Assembly: GCF_963921235.1 (NCBI RefSeq)
Contig: NC_086108.1
Span: forward strand, 98,830,001 to 98,894,000
Length of the DNA: 64,000 bases
Source of the DNA: Mobula hypostoma
Taxonomy: Eukaryota
Direction of reading: 5' to 3'
Below, piece after piece: positions 37,306 through 51,640 of the stretch (position 1 is the stretch's first letter; each line of letters begins with the position of its first letter). A model generated the notes under the pieces. The model was not told the origin of the DNA, made no database searches, and saw nothing but the letters and a program-made list of their open reading frames with translations. Position numbers and translations under genes: made by a program.

Positions 37306-39351
37306 GTCCCTCCTGTTTTTGGAGCACTCACATGAATCCCATTCCCCCACAACCTATTCAGTCACATACACCCATTAACATTCCCGATCCTCCCACCAGC
37401 CATCTAAACCAGGTGCAAAATTCAATAACCAATGAACTAAACCACCTATTTATTTTTGGGCTGTGGGATGAATCCAGAGCACCCATGGGAAACTAATGCT
37501 GTGACAAGGAAAATGTACCAAATGTACAAACAGCAGTGGAGGTTAGAACTGAAAAAAGGTCTCTCAAGCAGTGAAACAATGTATTGCCCACACTTCTCCA
37601 AATTCACTGGAAGCAAATTCTCCCAGATCAATCTCCCAGGCCTATTTACACCCACGAAGTTGGGGAGGCCATATCATTCCCATGACGCACATTTGTGAAT
37701 CAGACACTGAAGCTCTGTCTCAGTAAGACAATAACATCTCTACAAATTCCTGGGAATCTTTTGTTCATGAGGAGGAGAATTCAGGATGCTTTTTAGGATG
37801 GAGGACATGTGGAAAAGGAGATAACTCAAATCCCGAGCTGAGTGTCACCCTTACAAATGTACTGTAACAGTCAAGTGATTTTGCCAAGACAAAGATATTG
37901 CCTTTATTGTATGGAATTCCCTTTAAAATGAAGCAGTAACTAAAGAAAAAAGGTTCCTATTGCAAAGATAACTTAAAACACAGCACATTTGTTCTCTTAC
38001 TAAAGAATTTGGATAGGTCATCTTTTAGGACCCCAGAGGTGGATAATCTGCGGCAGTGAAGATTCAGCAACTACGCGAGGAGGATAATTCACTTACAACA
38101 TCCTAATTATTCAGATTTGTTTCTTTTTTAAAGCTGGATTTTTATTTATGTGAATCACCAATTCACAGACAATTAAGACAATGAAAAGTTCAGACTTGGA
38201 TCTGTCAACTTGGACATGTGGATCTGACAGCTTTTTTGGTGCCCGTTCATCTCTCACATTCTGGGTAATGATCTTTCAGTCAATGCTTAGTATAGAGGGT
38301 CAACAAGGAATAGGAGAAATGGTGAGTAGTTAGACAAGATGCATGGAATGGATAAATGCAAGTTTGTGAGGATGGAGATGGGGAGGTTAATGAGAGCCTG
38401 AAAGATTAGACCATAAGAGAGGAGAGCTGAATTAGGCTAATCGGCCCATTGAGTCTGCTCTGCCATTCCATTTTGTCAAAACTTGATCCTCATGGTAGAA
38501 TAACAGTGCTCAGAACACTAACAGACTATGCGACAAGAGAACGATGAAGATGACTGGAAGGTGGTGCCTAAAAAACTTCTATTATATTGTGGCGGGGGGG
38601 GGGGGAGGCAAGGTAGTAGAATTTATTCTGATGTTTTGGAAGCAAAAATTCCAACAGTGACACAATAGCCTGTGAACTTTGAACAAAAGGAACAATACTC
38701 AAGTTAGAGAGAATATTTGTGAGAAGTGGTGAGGATGTTACATGATGGCAGTTGTTGGTAAAGAACAGAGCAAGGTGGTGTAACCATAATGAAAACTGAA
38801 GAGCAAGTTAGAAACTAACTTTGTAAAGTTTTTTTTAATTGAATACTTGAGCTGTTGGTTCAATGAGAAATTTTTTACTTCACTGATTTCGTTTACTGCA
38901 GCCCTTGATAACAATAAAAGTCAAAGTTACAGATGACAACAATAACTTGCATCTGTGTGCAAACTTCAGGGGTCTACCATTCTGCGTTGCTTCGGATTTT
39001 CAAATACAAAGCTGTACAGTACTTGTGAGGAAACACATGTAGTTACTCTGTTGAATTTGAATGGATTACAAAATAAAAAAGCTTGGTTCTTCTACGAACA
39101 TTCTTGTTGGGCGTATACTCCATTGTTTAAAAGCCTTGCAAAACACTGGAACTTTAGTTTTGCCAAACTTAGAGATCCAATATGCCTCACACTACCATGC
39201 TGCCTTTGCAAGCTGGATCAAGATAAATTGATCTTATCAATCTCATAACTGCAAAACGGAACAGGTGATTACAATCTGATTGTATTGATCCACTGCAAAA
39301 ATAAGCATTCCCTCAAAATCAATTTGACAAGAAAATATTTCAAATGCATAC

Positions 39352-39565
39352 CTGTTAATGCAGCAGGTTTAGATAATGTGCTGTACTGATTCTGTGGGTA
39401 AATCACACTGTGACGTGGACTGAGAGCAGGCGATGAAACCATTGATAATTCGTCTTTGATTATACTACTCTTTGGATGGTTTTTCGGTAGTTCACTCAGT
39501 CTTTGTTCCAATGAGTATTTTAAAAGATCCAGCTTCTGGCTTGATTCATTAAATCTTGCTTGTGC
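39352..39565 (-). CDS. PKN2: PKN2 exon 6 equivalent
   Basis: ggcaAG/GTATGC, 214 bp; [34 protein letters not shown]...SKPAALT. Confidence 0.95.
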
Positions 39566-39657
39566 CTTGCCAAGAAGGGAGAAAAAATTACTTGTATTAA
39601 ATGTATTGGAAACACCCAAAAATGAAGATACAATTAGTTTTTTTTCTTTTAAATTAC

Positions 39658-39806
39658 CTCTGAAAGTGCTTTCTTGTCAGGAACCTTTCCAGAGCCAAGC
39701 AGTCGCATAACATTTTTTGCTCCTTCCGCTACTGCGTATTCTATTCTGAAGTGATGTCTAAGCTCTTCAACTCTAAGCTCCAGGGGGCTTATTCCAGGCT
39801 TTGATG
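39658..39806 (-). CDS. PKN2: PKN2 exon 5 equivalent, HR1c
   Basis: ttcaAG/GTAATT, 149 bp; (A)[49 protein letters not shown]; phase fits exon 4. Confidence 0.92.
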
Positions 39807-40459
39807 CTTGAATAAAAACACAATTGCAACAATAGTTTCAAAAGCAAACAAATTATGAAAATGGTAATATTTTGTACACAAGCCCCTCTCCTCCAAACAG
39901 TAGAGTTACTTGCCACGTAATGAATTAATGTTTCCAAATATAAACAGATTATTGCTTTGGAACATCTAAACTGGAATAGCTCTTGATGGCTGCTCTCTGG
40001 TAGCAAACCTCAAATACATTTCTACACTGTCACTAGGTATTTCTCAATACATCTTGAATTTTGTTTGCATCCTTCTTGTTTTCAATATTTAACAAGTACA
40101 GTATGCTTATCTCAGAATACACAAATGAGCTTACTTTTGCAAGCATTGTTTTAAAGTATATCAGTCTCTTGACCATCCGTTTAAGTAATAATCTGCAAGT
40201 CAAAATCAAATTGTTGTACGTTGAACTTTAGAAGCAAGTGGAGTAGATCATGTCTTTTGCGCGTCGTGGGCAGCAGCAATATGAATGTTGATTCAGTTCT
40301 GGCTAAGATTCAGTTCTAGATAACAGACACCCACAGAACTCAGGGGAAAGGGATGGAAAGATGACAATAAATGCATTTAAATAGCATGTTGCAACTATTC
40401 AAGTTAATAAGATACTTACAAATAATGCATTCTGATTTGAGTAATCAGATAATCATATC

Positions 40460-40962
40460 TCAGGAAGGATGTATTGTCGTTTGAGAGTCCAGAGGATGTT
40501 CATGAGGATGAAGGGGTTAACATATGAGGAGCAGTTGGCAGCTCTGGGCCTGTATTCACTGGAACTTGGAAGAATGCATGGGGATCTCATTGAAACCTAC
40601 CTAGTGTTGAAAGGACTAGATAGGGTGGATGTGGAGAGGATGCTTCCTATGGTGGGGGTATCCAAAACTACAGGGAACAGCCTCAAAATTGAGGAGCGAA
40701 CTTTTAGAATAGAGGTAAGGAGGAATTTGTTTTAGTAAGAATAGCGAACCTGTGGAATGCTCTGCAACAAACTATGGCGGAGGCCTAGTCCGTGGGCATA
40801 TTTAAGACAGAATTTTATAATAACTTGATCAGTCAGGGCATCAAAGGCCAGAGGGAGGTATATTGGGTTGAGTGGGATCCAGGATCAACCATGATGGAAT
40901 GGCAGAGAAGACTTGATGGGCTGAATGGCCTAATTCTGCTCCTATTTCATATGGTCTTATGA
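40460..40962 (+). mobile_element. CR1 3' fragment
   Basis: GLTYEEQLAALGLYSLE, GDLIETY; CR1 3' UTR hairpin and tail. Confidence 0.8.
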
Positions 40963-41199
40963 ATATAATACCACGTGCTTGAAAACTCATTTTTATGTTC
41001 ACTATGCTGAATGTCACCTCGACCTTTCTGTATAGAGTCACCAACTGTTTCATTTGCTGAAGAGTTGCAAAAGGAATTGAACAGAATGCAATCATCAACA
41101 AACAACCTCACTTCTTTGTTTCATATACTCATCACATTCAGTTCAACAACCAAATAAGTACTCTTACTGCTGGACAGGATATCTCCACACACACTCTAA

Positions 41200-42022
41200 G
41201 GATGACCTGCTGGGAGAATACCTTAGACAGCAGGCAGGGGACATAGAAATGGAAGTGGGTGAAGCAGAGCCAGAGGACCAGAGGCCATAGCAGGACAAGC
41301 TATTACATCGGATGTACAATCACCAGATATCAGAGATGGCTGACACAAGGAATTCCTACCAATGGTTAGAAATGGCAGGGCTGAGGGACAGCACAGAGGC
41401 ACTGCTGATGGCCGCACAAGAACAGGCAGTGAGCACAAGAACAATAGAAGCCGGGGTCTATCACACCAGACAAGACCCAAGATGCAGACTATGCAAGGAA
41501 TCCGTTGAAGCCATCCAGCACATAGTAGCATGGTGCGAGATGCAGACAAGGACAGCATACACTGAATGGCACAACGAAGTTGCAGGAACTGTGTACAGGA
41601 ACATCTGCGCTGAGTAAAGATTGGACACTCCCATGTACAAATGGGAAACAGCTGCGAAGGTAATGGAGAATAACAGAGCTAAGATCCTGTGCGACACCTC
41701 CAAATACAGACTGATAAGCAGGTATGGCCAACCAACCAGACATAGTAATACTGGAAAGGAACAGAAGAAAGCAATAGTAATTGATGTGGCAATCCCAAAT
41801 GACAGTAATATCAGGAAGAAAGAATTTGAGAAGCTGGAGAAATACCAGAGCTTGATAGAGCAGATAGAAAAGTTGTGGAAGCTTTAAGCCAGAGTAATCC
41901 CAGTGGCAATAGGAACACTTGGAGCGGTGACACCTGGACTGGGAGGGTGGCTCCAACAAATCCCAGGAACAACATATGAGATCTCGGTCCAGAAGAGCGC
42001 ACTGCTCCGAACAGCAAGGATA
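41200..42022 (+). mobile_element. R4/Dong-like non-LTR retrotransposon C-terminal fragment (CCHC knuckle and RLE endonuclease)
   Basis: TEALLMAAQEQAV, CRLC...H...C zinc knuckle, HNEVA, PDI (frameshifted), IVIDVAIP, EKLEKYQ. Confidence 0.75.
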
Positions 42023-42153
42023 CACACACTATATATATAGTATCATTTATGTATTGCACTGTACTGCTGCCTAACAACAAATTTCATGACATATGTATTT
42101 AACCTGATTCTGACTACAGGAGGAAGAAACTGGGGCTTCATGAATATTCTTAA

Positions 42154-42851
42154 AATAGACAATAGACAATAGACAATAGGTGTAGGAGTAGGCCATTCGG
42201 CCCTTCAAGCCAGCACCACCATTCAGTGTGATCATGGCTGATCATCCACAATCAGTATCCAGTTCCTGTCTTATTCCCATAACCTTTGATTCCGCTATCT
42301 TTAAGAGCTCTATCCATCTCTTTCTTGAAAGCACCCAGAGACTTGGCCTCCACAGCCTTCTGGGGCAGAGCATTCCATATATCCACCACTCTCTGGGTGA
42401 AAAAGTTTTTCCTCAACTCGGTTCTAAATGGCCTACCTTTTATTCTTAAACTGTGGCTTCTGGTTCTGGACTCACCCATCAGCGGGAACATGCTTCCTGC
42501 CTCCAGCGTGTCCAATCCCCTAATAATCTTATATGTTTCAATCAGATCCCCTCTCAGCCTTCTAAATTCCAGAGTATACAAGCACAGTCGCTGCAATCTT
42601 TCGACATATGACAGTCCCGCCATCCCGGGAATTAACCTTGTGAACCTACGCTGCACTCCCTCAATAGCAAGAATGTCCTTCCGCAAATTTGGAGATGAAA
42701 ACTGCACACAGTACTCCAGGTGAGGTCTCACCAGGGCCCTGTACAGCTGCAGAAGGACCTCTTTGCTCTTATACTCAATTCCCCTTGTTATGAAAGCCAG
42801 TATGCCATTAGCTTTCTTCACTGCCTGCTGTACTTGCATGCTTGCTTTCAA
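42154..42851 (-). mobile_element. CR1 3' fragment with open 199-aa ORF2 C-terminus
   Basis: LVRPHLEYCVQF, RLRGDLIETYKI; (CTATTGT)n tail. Confidence 0.9.
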
Positions 42852-43088
42852 GCTAAATGCAGCTAAATAGATTCCTGATCAGCAAGTGGTTAAAGATTAC
42901 TGTAGGCAGGCTCCAATGCAGAATTGAAGTTACGGTCAGATTAACGATGATCATAATAAATAGCAGAACAGACTTAAGGGACCTAATTGCTTATTGCTAC
43001 TTCTGATTTGTACACACTATATTCAACTGCAGTTCCAGTTATATGTTAGATGAGCTAATGGTTAATATCAAGTTTCAAAACTGAAACA

Positions 43089-43845
43089 GGTGGAGTTAAG
43101 ATAGCGCTAAACGGCAACTCCTTTGCTTGCGTCTTCGGAAACAGCTCTATTTCCATGTTTAATATCTTTATTTTTCCCTTTCAGGGTTCTTTTGAAGATC
43201 CTGACTTAGAGTTACACACTGACTTCGGTTCTCTGCGGGAGTGGGAGATGTTCTCGGGGTTTCAGGACCGGCCAACGTTTGGCATGCCAAGGGTTAGGCC
43301 TAAGAGGCAGCCTAGTGTTTGGAAGATCTCGGGGGTCAGTGTCACGGCAGAAGACTTGGGTGTTGTCAGGGAGGCCGGAAAACCTTTCGCCGTAGGCCCG
43401 AAGACCTGAGATCTTTGCGCTCTTCAGGCACAGAGAAAAAGCGACAAAACGAACTTTAACATCGTAAACCAGCAGGTTGTCGTTATGTCTCCCGCTCGCT
43501 GTGAAAATGGGGGACACCTCCCTCTCCTTTATTAGGGAGAGAGAGAAGCTGTGGGTTGCCAAATGCCAGATGAATTGCAATAGTCTTTGGGGTAACTGCA
43601 AAGTCTGTGTCTTTGCTATCGTTTAGCTCACACTTGTGCTTGGTAGCAGGTGCGTGTTTTGTTTTGCTGGTGGGGGGAGGGGGGATTGTTGCTCGCCGCC
43701 ACTTACGCACGGGAGGGAGGAACTGGGGGGGGGGATCTTTGGGGTTCTCACGTTTAACTGTGTTTTCGTGGATGTTTTGTGAAGAAAAAGCATTTCAGGA
43801 TGTATATTGTACACATTTCTGTGACATTAAATTGAACCTTTGAAA
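43089..43845 (+). mobile_element. Non-autonomous retroelement of uncertain family
   Basis: CpG-richer block starting GGTGGAGTTAAGATAGCG and ending in a LINE-like tail CATTAAATTGAACCTTTGAA; no credible ORF. Confidence 0.4.
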
Positions 43846-44318
43846 AGTGTGTGTTGCCACAATTGTCTTTATGGGAGATTTTTATTCTACTAATGCAAAT
43901 CAATAAGGTCAGACAAATTAACAGACAGAAGGTAAGAGGCCAACTGGGGGATGGGACGCAGAAGTTGCTTGATGACAGTTTATGACTGGCTTAAAGGACC
44001 AGCTAATTTTTGAGCTCTTTATTCTGTACCAACCATTTTTATCCTCGTAGGAAACCAAGATGATCAAATTCATTTTATGATTCCACATGCATCAATCTTT
44101 AACACTCATTGCCTTATAATACCTACCTGAAATCATCCAAACTAACAAGAGATACTCTAACAATCCCAGATTACATAAATTAATTTTGGAAGCAGGAATA
44201 ACAAGGCAGAACAGGGGTTAATCTTCACACTGCAATTTACAAGATAATAGTTTGTGCAGTAATGTCAGTGTATACACATATTTAGGTCATAAACCCAATC
44301 AAACAAGAAGTCTCTTAC

Positions 44319-44448
44319 CTATTCCATCTGTGTTTTCAAATACAGCTTCACTCGTCTGTGTAGACTTAAGAATTTGCATCCTTATAACTTCTATTTTGGT
44401 TTTACTATCTTGAAGCATTTGTTGAGCTGCCGCTAACAACTTTCTATC
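44319..44448 (-). CDS. PKN2: PKN2 exon 4 equivalent, HR1b end
   Basis: cccAG/GTAAGA, 130 bp; [43 protein letters not shown]. Confidence 0.95.
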
Positions 44449-46164
44449 CTGGGAATTAAAAGTAGAGTTCAACAAAGTATAAAAAAAATAAAGTTAGAGC
44501 ACTTGCAAAGTCTGACCCAACAAAAAATAAACAAAAGACTACATAAATTGGTAATACAAAGAGCTTTATATCTGTATTATTCTAATACCCATTGAACACT
44601 AGCGTATTTAGATTTCTATCTTCAAAAGATTACCATGTAGCTTCCATAGTGTAACAATAGAACTGAAGTGTTACAGGTCAAAGGGATGAAAATTATTCAT
44701 ACTTTGAGCAAGTTGCCTACATTTCATTGACAATCTTGAAAGTAATTCATTGCAATTCTGGATATTCAATAAGCTGCCAGAGGAATTTCTGAACTTTGCT
44801 GTTGCACTCCATTCTTTTGTGTGGCATCCCAACGTGACTTGTCAACTTGCTCAACAATGGGAGGTGGTAAAATTAAGAAATTTCTATATTCTCTTTGCTC
44901 TTTCTTTGTCCCACCCAGTCAAATCTTTTCACTACAGTCCACTAAGAAGACCCTTACAAAACCAAGGAGTCAACTTATAACAGATAACACTGAGATGCAC
45001 AGCAAACTAGCACTGCTAAATAAAGTGTGATTGGAAATTATTGTATTATTAACAATGGAAAGGCAGCAAAGACTGCAGCAGAAAGGGTAACTTGAAGTTA
45101 AGCAATCTTGCTGCACTTGTCTAGCTTTTTCTTATTAGTCTATTCCTATTATCTAACCCAAAAGCTTCAAGGCAGCAAAAAGTCGTTAATGACACCAAAA
45201 CAATAAAAAAAACTGCCACAATCTTTCCATTCCACGTTGTCAACACAAACCAATAACATTCTAAAGTGACATTACTGGCTGTGTAATTTATCTCTGAGGT
45301 CAATCCAGTAGCAAATGCTTTCAATATATACTTATCTTCTGATACTATGTGAGAAGCTTTTAGCTGAAAAATCCAGTTTCCAATGGGAATCCAAATCATA
45401 AGCTCTCAACTTTACTTTGAAGCTTCTTTGCAATCAGGTAGTGACAAGACTTAATGACTTCTCTTATTGAATTTACTAGTATTTTTGAAAACAAACGGAG
45501 GTCTAGTTTGGAGACTAGTTTGTTCAGCAGAACTCTAAACATTCAATGACAAAGAAACTGGTACTGCCTTTTAGTAGAGAGAAAAAAAACAATCAGGCGA
45601 CAATGTGCAATATTTCAACACCCATTTAAGTGGAACAACTGCAGTTTAGAGATTGCCCTGTCCTGGCGCCAAACTGAATACACAGTAGTATAGAATATGA
45701 ACCAGTGCCATAGATGGTTTAGATGAGTGTCAGGATCAATCATAGATCTGTGTTGAGCACAGCCAAGATACAATTAGGAACAATTCAATATAGATCAATT
45801 AAAAAGAGGGGAAAATATATCTCATACAAAAACTTCATCCCCAATGCATGCTTTGCAATCCCCAATGGAAACCATGACCCAGGTTTTTGCAAAATTTAGG
45901 CTATAAAGTTTTCCACAACTAGTTAACCGGAAGGCAGGAGATTGGGGTTAATAAATCAGCTATAATGGAATGGCAGAGCAGACTTGAAGGGCCAAATGGC
46001 CTAACTGTGCTCCGACATCTTATGAATTCACAAGCAGGTTCAAACATAGGAAGGGATTTGGGTAAGGTTCCGGAGCCAGTCAACCCCAGCAGAGTCCTGA
46101 GCAAGTTAAAAATCAATGGTAAAAAGACAAAAATGACTACCCGTTCTGGAATCAGGAACAGGAA

Positions 46165-47550
46165 ACAGAACATTGGAAGAACTTGCCAAGTCAGTCAGTT
46201 TCTGGAGACAGAAACAATGCAAGCTGATGTATCAGGCTGAGACCTAGCATCAAAACTGCAATGAATAGCAGTCTGAGGTGGTGCAAGACTGACAAGTGAT
46301 AGGTAGAACCATATGGGGAGGAGATGATGGGTAAACAGAATCAGATGGGGGGGCATTGGTAGTAGAGGTGAAAGACAAAGTTGAACAAAGAGAAAAGAAA
46401 ATCAGGTGGACAGGTGAGTGTGTGCGGGAGAGCAACGCGTGGCTAATCTAAAACTGGGAGATTTGATGTTCATACCACTGGATTGTCAGTTACCCAAGTG
46501 GAATACAAGAAGACCCTCTTTCTTCTGGAAATATGGCTGCACACTCTCCAATTCTATTTCTGGGCTGTACTTTTCTAACTCTAATCGGAGTTCTCACACA
46601 CATTTGCTCTTTCAACCCCCCACCCCCACCCCAGATGCACAGCAATAAAGCTCCCTTGGTCCTCATCTTCCACCATCTGCACCAGCCTCTGCAACCAACA
46701 CAACATCTTCGTCATTTGCAACATGATCCTAACTACCAATCACAGCTTCATTGCTTCTCCCTACTCCACCTTCTCTACTTTCGAGATGGACTATTCTTTT
46801 CACGACTCCCTGATTGCCCATCCCTTCCTACTCACCCATCCCCCTATTCCTTGGCATTTCCCCCTGTAAGCACTAGAGGGAAATGCCAAGGAATCCCTTA
46901 ACCTCCTCCCTCATCATCTCTTCCAACCTGGTCTACTGTATTCAGTACTCCTTGTGTGATCTCTTCTACATTGGTCAAACCAAGCATATTAGCATAAGAA
47001 GCCGCTTTGAAGAGTACTTGCACTCGGTTCACAATACCCACCACGAGCTTCCTGTTGCATGGCACTTTAACTCTCCTTTCCAATCCCACACTCCAGAATG
47101 ACCAACACAAACTGATTGAACCACGTCTCATATTCCATTTGGGTTACTAACAACCCTATATAAATAACATTGGATTTTACAATTTCAGGTAAACCACACT
47201 CCCACTGTTTTCCTTCCTCAGACACTCACCTATCTACCTAGTTTTCTTCTACCTTTGTTCAGCTTTCCCATCTCCAGTCTGGTCCCAGCCATAACCAATC
47301 AGCCTCTGTCCCAACCATTCATATTCCACATACTGCAACACCCAAAGCATGTCTTCATCTACTTATCATTTCTTCCCTTTAGTTCTATCCATCACTAATC
47401 AGCCTCTATCCAGTCAAACTTCTAGCAAGTTTTCCTCTTCACTCTCACTCCTGATGGAAGGTTTCCCATCCAAACATCAACTTTCCCATTTTGCCTCCAC
47501 AGATGCTGTGGAGCCCATGGAGTTCTTCCACTATTCTGCTTTTTTTTTGT
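46165..47550 (+). mobile_element. Old Penelope-like element with inverted upstream terminal repeat
   Basis: GIY-YIG remnant SSNLVYCIQYSLCDLFYIGQT...LPVAWHFNS; purine-rich inverted repeat copy at ~46165-46510. Confidence 0.7.
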
Positions 47551-48697
47551 TAAAAATCATTGGTTTTGACAGAGTTAGCCAAGATGGGAAGTGGGAAGAA
47601 GTGTAAGTACTATAAAATGCAAAATAACAGTATTATTGATGCATTCCCAAGTCTACTGAAAAATATCTGAAGAGATATTATTTGAGGGAACAAAGATCCT
47701 CAAAACACCTGGTGCTTTTAACTTTCGGCAAACACAAAGATGCTGCAACTTGACAGGATCATGTTGCTCGCTTTAAAATATCAAACAATATTTACTACAT
47801 TAAAAAGCTTGTGCTTGCACAAATGACTAACCTTCATAGACAAGCAGCTGATAAATTTAAGATCAATAAAAGAAGGAATTTTAGAATTAAAAAGATAAAT
47901 AACATGTAACTGTGCTTTCGGCATATAGATTTAACCTTGCTTAAGAGTTTATATTATTTAATAATTTCATGTAACTGTCAAGTGAGGGATGCCAGTAAAA
48001 CCAGCACACAATTCCTTATTTAAGCAGATCATCGCCAAATGGTAAGGGGCAGAGCATTCATGGTCTTGGTCCTAATTTCAGAATAATACTCTTTATCACT
48101 CCAGTGTTTCCCCCACCTTATATCTTGTAGCAATCATTTCAGTCACCAAGTTAGGTTTCTATTTTTTTAAAAAAGAGGACTTGTGTCTACCAGGGGACCT
48201 GACTGCAAATAGTCACACTCATTTCAATATGATCCTTACTATCACATAGCTAGAGAAGATATTAATCCCCTTAGACTGGCTTTAGAGGTGTAATCACTGT
48301 GGTTTCTATCTTAGATGCTTTTTTTATGGCACCCTGACTCATACAAGCACCCAATATTGAAGTCTTCTTCAGCTGACTTGCAGAGCTTTTAGAAGCTGAA
48401 AAGAGATAAGTATACCTTAGGGAAACTGCATAAATTTACTTTGGGATTGTAACTGCATGTCCCAAGTGTGGCAGCTGAGAAAGGCCATGTACACAATTAT
48501 TGCCCACCTTACATACAAAAAAAGTTAGTCATTGCAGCATACAGGACAAGCTTAACATCTAAACAAGAAAACACTGAGTTTGTAATTGCGTACAACTATT
48601 CCGTTGAAGAGTTAGAAGAATAATACAACCTAGAAAAGTTGAAAGCAAATTTAAGCACTGCATAATCTTGTGGGTGCATTTCAGCACAGTGACCCAC

Positions 48698-48843
48698 CTT
48701 TGACGATCCATTCGAGTACATCTGGATCATATTTTCAGCTCCCAACTTCACCTTCAGCTCAATATCCAATTGTTTCTTCAAGGCAGCAATTCGACTGTTA
48801 TTTGTATTCTCAGGGTTAGGAGTATCTGGGGTTCGTGGACAAT
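48698..48843 (-). CDS. PKN2: PKN2 coding exon (human exon 3 equivalent), HR1b start
   Basis: tttcAG acceptor, GTGGGT donor, 146 bp; (D)[48 protein letters not shown]. Confidence 0.95.
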
Positions 48844-49059
48844 CTGAAATCATAATGGAATTGTGTATGGAACTCCATAAATGCCTTGTGTTATACATCA
48901 AAATATTTATTGTTTCAATTTTTTTTACAAATTCTTTATTTTGCAAGAATTTTTAACACTCCCCTGGTTTGAAATGCAGGTGAACGTTACCAGATTTTTT
49001 TTCCCTAAAGAAGTGAACAAGACAATGACACTTAGAGTCCCTTACAGAAGGACAACTGC

Positions 49060-49603
49060 TCATAATTGTACTGTGGAGAGCATTCTGACAGACTGCATCA
49101 CTGTCTGGTATGGAGGGGCTACTTCACAGGACCGAAAGAAACTGCAGAAGGTTGTAAATCTAGTCTGCTCCACCCTGGGCACTAGCCGACAAAGTAGCCA
49201 GGACATCTTTAGGGAGCGGTGTCTCAGAAAGGCAGCGTCCATTGTTAAGGACCTCCAGCACCCAGAGCATGCCCTTTTCTCACTGTTACCATCAAGTAGG
49301 AGATACAGAAGCCTGAAGGCACACAGACAGCAATTCAGGAATAGCTTCTTCCCCTCTGCCATCTGATTCCTAAATGGACATTGAAGCTACCTCACTTTTT
49401 TTTTTACTGTACAGTATTTCTGTTTTTGTACATTTTAAAAAAATCTATTCAATATATGTAACTGATTTACTTGTTTATTTATTATGTTTTATTTTATTTA
49501 TTATAATTTTCTCTCTGCTAGATTATGTATTGCATTGAACTGCTGCTGCTAAGTTAACAAATTTCACGTCACATGCCAGTGATAATAAACCTGATTCTGA
49601 TTC
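49060..49603 (+). mobile_element. Rex/Babar LINE 3' fragment
   Basis: CTVESILTDCITVWYG, ALFSLLPSSRRYRSL, NSFFPSAI; AATAAACCTGATTCTGATTC tail. Confidence 0.85.
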
Positions 49604-50808
49604 CAAGTGTCCCACAAAATTTCCACCCAACATCTTGTAGAGTTCAAACCTGCTGATCAAGTCCAATGCAGACCATCTAATCAGACTGAAAGTTGGGCAG
49701 AATTGGCAGATGCTATTTACTCCCAACAAGCATGAGGTGTGAAAAGACAAGTAATAAAGGGGAAGGTCACATACAGTAAGTTGTAGGACATTAAGAAATA
49801 TTGATGGTCAAAAGGATCTGTGGGTTCTCGTCTAGTCTCCTGAAAGTGGCAATACAGGTACACAGACTGATAGATGCATATGCCGTGCTTGTCTTCACAG
49901 GTCATAGGTGGGCCACAGGGCCTGTTCCTGTTGTATAAGTGGAGAGGCGAATCATCACAATATTGCCTGATTTGAAGGACCATAATTATTGGGAGAGACT
50001 GGATAGACTGGGCTTGTTTTTCCCGGAGCAAAGAAGGCTAACATGACAGAAGTATATGAAATTACAAGAGGCACAGATAGGGTAGATAGCATATTCATTC
50101 TACGGTCAAAAACAAAAGGGTATAAGTTTTAGTTGAAAGCAAAGAGTTTTAAAGGGGATGTGAGCAAGAAGTTCTTTACACAGAAAATAGTTAATAATAG
50201 AACTCACAGCCAGGGTCAGAGTCATACAGCACTAAAACAGGCCCTTTGGCTCAAATGGTCCATACCCACTAAGGTGCCTCATTCAAATTAATCTTATGAG
50301 CCAGAGTTTGGCCTATAACCTTCTAAATCTTTCAAATCCATGTACATGCCCAATTGTCTTTTAAAAGTTGTTATTGTATCTGCCTCAACCCGTCTCTATC
50401 AGCTGATTCCACATACATACAACCCTTTGTATAAAACTAAAGTTGCCTCTCACAAGTTCCACTTTAACCTTACATCTATGCCCTCTAGTTCCTGATACTA
50501 CAACTCTGAGAAATATAGACTGAGTGTTTTCACCCTACCCATGTCCCTTGTGGTATTATACACCTCTGCAAGATCACATCTCACTCTCTTATGCTCTAAC
50601 AGATAAGTTCTTCCACTTCCTCCTACAAATGAGTCTCTCAAGTCCTGAAGACCTGGCAAAACCCTTGTAAATCTTTCCTGCACTTTTTGCAGTTTAACAC
50701 CATCTTTTCTATAGTAGGGCAACCAAATCTCAACATAGTACTCCAAGTGCACCCTCACCAGCTGCCTGTACAATTGCACTACAACTTCCCAACTTTTATA
50801 CTCAATGT

Positions 50809-51640
50809 GACACACACAAAATGCTGGAGGAACTCAGCAAGCCAGGCAGCATCTAGGAAAAGAGTACAGTTGATGTTTTGGACTGAAACCCTTGAGCAGG
50901 GCTGCAGAAAAAAAGCTGAGGAGTAGATTTAAAAGGTGGGGGAGGGAAGAAAGAAACACAAGGTGATAGGTGAAACCTGAAGGGGGAGGGGATGAAGTAA
51001 AGAGGAGGAAGTAAATTGGTAAAAGAAACAGAAGACTATGGATGAAAGAAAAGTGGGGAGGAGTACCAGAGGGAGGTGATGGGTGAGCAAGTTGATAAGG
51101 TGAGAGAGGGAAAGGGGGTTGGGAAATGGTGAAGGGCTGGGGGGGAATTACCCGAAGTTCAAGAAATCGATACTCATGCCATCAGGTTGGAGGCTACCCA
51201 AACAGAATATAAGGTGTAAAAACACCATCCCCTTCTCTCAATACCTCTGCCTCATCTGTTCTCATGATGAGACTTTTCATTCTAGAATGAAGGAAATATC
51301 TTCACCGGGACTTCCCTTCCTCCACCATCAACGCTGCCCTCAACTGCAGCTCTTCCATTTTACGCACATCTGCCACTCCACCAGGGATAGGGTTCCTCTT
51401 GTCCTCACCTATCACCCCACCATCCTCCGTGTCCAGCACAGAATTCTCTGAAGCTTCCACAATCTCCAACGGGATCCCAACACCAAGCACATCTTTCCCT
51501 CCCACCACTCCCCTGCTTTCTGCAGGGATCGCTCCCTATGCAACTCCCTTGTCCACTTGTCCCTCCCCACTGATCTCCCTCCTGGCACTTAACCTTGCAA
51601 GTGGAACAAATGCTACACCTACTCCAACACACCCTCCCAG
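50809..51640. mobile_element. Penelope-like fragment with inverted terminal repeat, nested in a minus-strand CR1
   Basis: Terminal-repeat copy in minus orientation (50809-~51215) abutting plus-strand coding remnant KNTIPFSQ, RVPLVLTYHP. Confidence 0.65.
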
